Position numbers and translations under genes: made by a program. A stretch of DNA of 64,000 nucleotides, filler included, from Octopus bimaculoides (lineage: Eukaryota): the NCBI RefSeq assembly GCF_001194135.2. It is 7 parts of 7 records of this genome, joined end to end, with 100 filler letters (N's around TTAATTAATTAA, not from the genome) between each part and the next. Parts side by side here need not be neighbours in the genome. Positions count along the whole stretch, not along the records: positions 60,978 to 62,843 come from NC_068985.1; positions 62,944 to 64,000 come from NW_026411827.1; 5 more parts are not named here. One strand, written 5' to 3'. The notes below the pieces were generated by a model. It saw only the letters and a program-made list of their open reading frames with translations. It made no database searches and was not told where the DNA came from. This document shows, in pieces, positions 61,026 through 64,000 of this stretch; the stretch's first letter is position 1; each line of letters begins with the position of its first letter.

Positions 61026-61539
61026 TGTATGAGTGTATGTAGGTATTCACTGGAAACTAAATGGTGCCGGAATTGGATAGAAAATATGAACGGAAGAGAG
61101 GATGCGTCAATAACTGATGCAGAAGAAAACCACAGGGGTTAGATAAATTTTGGAGACAAATAGCTTTCAGAAATAATGATTCTATTTTCCCATGAATAAA
61201 CGATTTTTCTCCGATAAGGAGACACACTACATTCGTTCAACCTTAGCGGATTAGTACTATTTATGCTAATAGCTGCGAATGGAAGAAACTAAAACTAACG
61301 TAAGGCCTTTAGTCGTTGTGCGATAAGTAAAAGGTTCGAATCCCAGCATAGAACATGTTAGTAATTTTCGAAGAATGTAGCTTCTATGATGAGCATGAAC
61401 TGTTTGAAATTGGAGGTAAATCTTCTTCCGATAACACCCTATTGTCTTAAAACATAAAAGTATATAATTCGTTTTAAACGATTGAACTCGAAGTCGATAA
61501 AGCTATGAATAATAACGTGTAAATATAAGTTTATATTTG

Positions 61540-61830
61540 TGTGGCTGCGTGATAAGTAGCTAGGTGCAGCAGTGGTTGTGTGGTAAGTAGTTTGCTAACC
61601 AACCACATGGTTCCGGGTTCAGTCCTATTGCGTGGCACTTTGGGCAAGTGTCTTCTACTATAGCCTCGGACCGACCTATATATATATATATATACATATA
61701 TACATAAGTGTGTATGTGAGTGTGTGCGTGCATGTGTATGTGTGTGTGTGTGTGTGCTTGTATGTCTATGTTTGTCCTCCAACATCACTTGACAACCGAT
61801 ACCGGTGTGTTTAAGTTCCCGTAGTGGTTC
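61540..61830 (+). mobile_element. SINE family 1 with duplicated 5' end and an internal deletion
   Basis: GTGGCTGCGTGATAAGTAGCT then GTGGTTGTGTGGTAAGTAGTT, followed by the family body. Confidence 0.8.
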
Positions 61831-62139
61831 GAGGTATTGAAAATCGTGTTGAACGTTGGGAAGAAGTTGTAAATAAGAAGGATGAATGCATTTTGATTAA
61901 TTAGCTGTTATTTTTTATTAAACCTTTAAAAAAATTTTATTTAAAAAAAACCGTGGGAACTTAGTTGACGACCTAATAGTATGTATTTTAATTAGTACAG
62001 TCATTCAAGCCAAGAACAACATACTTCACATCATCTATTCCGTATTCTTGCATCCTGGTTTCAAAATCTTGTCGAGGTTTACCTTGCTTTTCGTCAAGTC
62101 GAATTTGATAAAAAAAAAAAAAAAGAGCACTCTGGGACA

Positions 62140-62345
62140 ATGGACTCGCAAAATACTAGAGCGTCAAACAGGATGATTTCCGGTCAGCTTCCGGGTAGTC
62201 CAGCCTGTAGCAACCAATTCAGATTAGGTCTTTGGTTTAGGAATACCTGCCTCCTCCTGCCACTTCGAGAGACTCTGAAAAGGGTCGTGGATACTGACGT
62301 TTCGCTTAACGAAGCGATAAAAAAATGTCAAAGTTCAGATTAACA
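62140..62345 (-). mobile_element. Possible mariner transposase fragment
   Basis: Minus strand RFV..IHDP..SKW...GIPKPK..VATGW resembles RF.T.DETWVH.YDP..S..W...GSP.PKK..MATVFW. Confidence 0.3.
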
Positions 62346-63175
62346 TAACTGGTGTAGAATATTNNNNNNNNNNNNNNNNNNNNNNNNNNNNNNNNNNNNN
62401 NNNNNNNNNNNNNNNNNNNNNNNNNNNNNNNNNNNNNNNNNNNNNNNNNNNNNNNNNNNNNNNNNNNNNNNNNNNNNNNNNNNNNNNNNNNNNNNNNNNN
62501 NNNNNNNNNNNNNNNNNNNNNNNNNNNNNNNNNNNNNNNNNNNNNNNNNNNNNNNNNNNNNNNNNNACGCTTGTGTGTGTCCAATATATGTATTGTTCTA
62601 CGAAACTATATATATGGAGGCGGGTGTATAAGGACAATAAGTGAGAGCTAGAAATGGTCGCTCTATGTAAATATATTTGCATGTATATGTGTTTGCATGT
62701 GTGAGTGCCTCCGTGTGTATGTGTATGAGTGTATGTGTGTGTGTGTGTGAGTGCGTGTGTGTGTTTATGTGAGTGAGTATATATATGTCAAACTTAATTG
62801 TGTTTAGAAGCATCAGTACCTCTATTTATATATATACATATATNNNNNNNNNNNNNNNNNNNNNNNNNNNNNNNNNNNNNNNNNNNNTTAATTAATTAAN
62901 NNNNNNNNNNNNNNNNNNNNNNNNNNNNNNNNNNNNNNNNNNNAGACAGGCAAACAGGCAGACAGACAGAATAGATAGACAGAGAGAGAAAGAGAAAGTG
63001 AGTGAGAGGGAGAGAGGGAGAGAGAGATAGATAGATAGTGGTAGGTAGGTAAGTTGGTAGGTAGGTAGGTAGGTAGGTAGGTAGGTAGGTAGGTAGAAAG
63101 AGAGCGACATACATACATGCATACATACATACCCACACACTCACACTATATGTGTGTGTGTGTGTGTGTGTATTT

Positions 63176-63176
63176 A

Positions 63177-63245
<69 letters not shown>
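63176..63245. repeat. (GATA)n microsatellite
   Basis: Directly visible. Confidence 0.95.
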
Positions 63246-63246
<1 letters not shown>

Positions 63247-63510
63247 TGACTGATTGATAGACGTATGCAGATTACAGCATTTAAATATATTCTTTACTCT
63301 GCATATTTGAACTTCATTTTTCTACGTTTGTTTAAATCGCATAAACTCATAGCACCGAATCCCCTGTTGAGTCATCACGCACGCTCTCGGTGATTTAATA
63401 TCTCGCTTAGATGAACCAGAATTGCAATAATACCTAGGTTTATGTACGTCTTCTACACGTACGTACGTACGTACATACAAACATACATATGTATATATAT
63501 GCGCGTGTAT

Positions 63511-63557
<47 letters not shown>

Positions 63558-63736
63558 GTTGAAAGAGTGAGGGAAAGAGAGAAATATCAATCGATTATTT
63601 GATAAATTATTCACTTGTGAAAATTTGGATATCTAAATATCCTTACAAGAATATGCTTATAGAAAGATAGAAAAACTATTATCACACACGTGGTGGAATA
63701 CACAGAGAAAAAATACAACTCAGCACATGACCATAA

Positions 63737-63737
63737 C

Positions 63738-63819
<82 letters not shown>
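63737..63819. repeat. (GATA)n microsatellite
   Basis: Directly visible; abuts a retroelement 3' end. Confidence 0.95.
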
Positions 63820-64000
63820 TGTTTCTTTATTAGCCACACAGGGCTCAACATAGAGGGGACAAAATACAAATGTAGAGTTTTTCTTTTCGAGGGGGGCGAA
63901 AACAAAGCAGAAAAAACAAAAGTGGGGACAACGATGAAAAAAGACATCGCAAAACGTTCGGGGTATTTACAAAAAATACGAAATAATACAGAAAATTCCC
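63820..64000 (-). mobile_element. 3' end of a non-LTR retroelement (L1/Tx1-like UTR) with AATAAA and a (TATC)n tail
   Basis: Minus strand reads T-rich UTR..CCCTGTGTGGCT-AATAAA-GAAACA-(TATC)n; continues beyond the window edge. Confidence 0.45.

Noticed and set aside
62140-62343. 67-aa plus-strand ORF as an exon
   Set aside because: No splice signals or family match; better explained, weakly, as antisense of a mariner fragment.

Overview
AT-rich, microsatellite-dense, non-coding animal DNA. The SINE/MITE content strongly suggests an octopus (inference). The only host coding sequence I can support is one 151-bp exon at 19053-19203 (+), encoding the juxtamembrane segment and TM1 of a GABA-B receptor subunit-2-like class C GPCR; the ORF track misses it. 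Around it, all antisense, lie a decayed mariner and three different Penelope-like retroelements (PLEs): one Hydra-clade-like, one near full-length Neptune-like and one GC-rich Neptune-like fragment. The rest is tRNA-derived SINEs (at least 4 families), RTE and CR1-like LINE fragments, hAT, piggyBac and mariner MITEs, foldback elements and microsatellites. Six identical 100-bp joins (44 N + TTAATTAATTAA + 44 N) show that the window is seven concatenated scaffolds. Two of them (26250-46219 and 57865-60877) are CpG-depleted relative to the others. No CRISPR array, rRNA or true tRNA gene was found. I found no clear new multi-gene system. The best leads are a structured ~200-bp repeat present in two copies, a half hammerhead ribozyme, the linker-expanded Hydra-like PLE, the GC-rich PLE and an orphan Cys-rich ORF. 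All protein-family assignments are from remembered motifs, not database searches.
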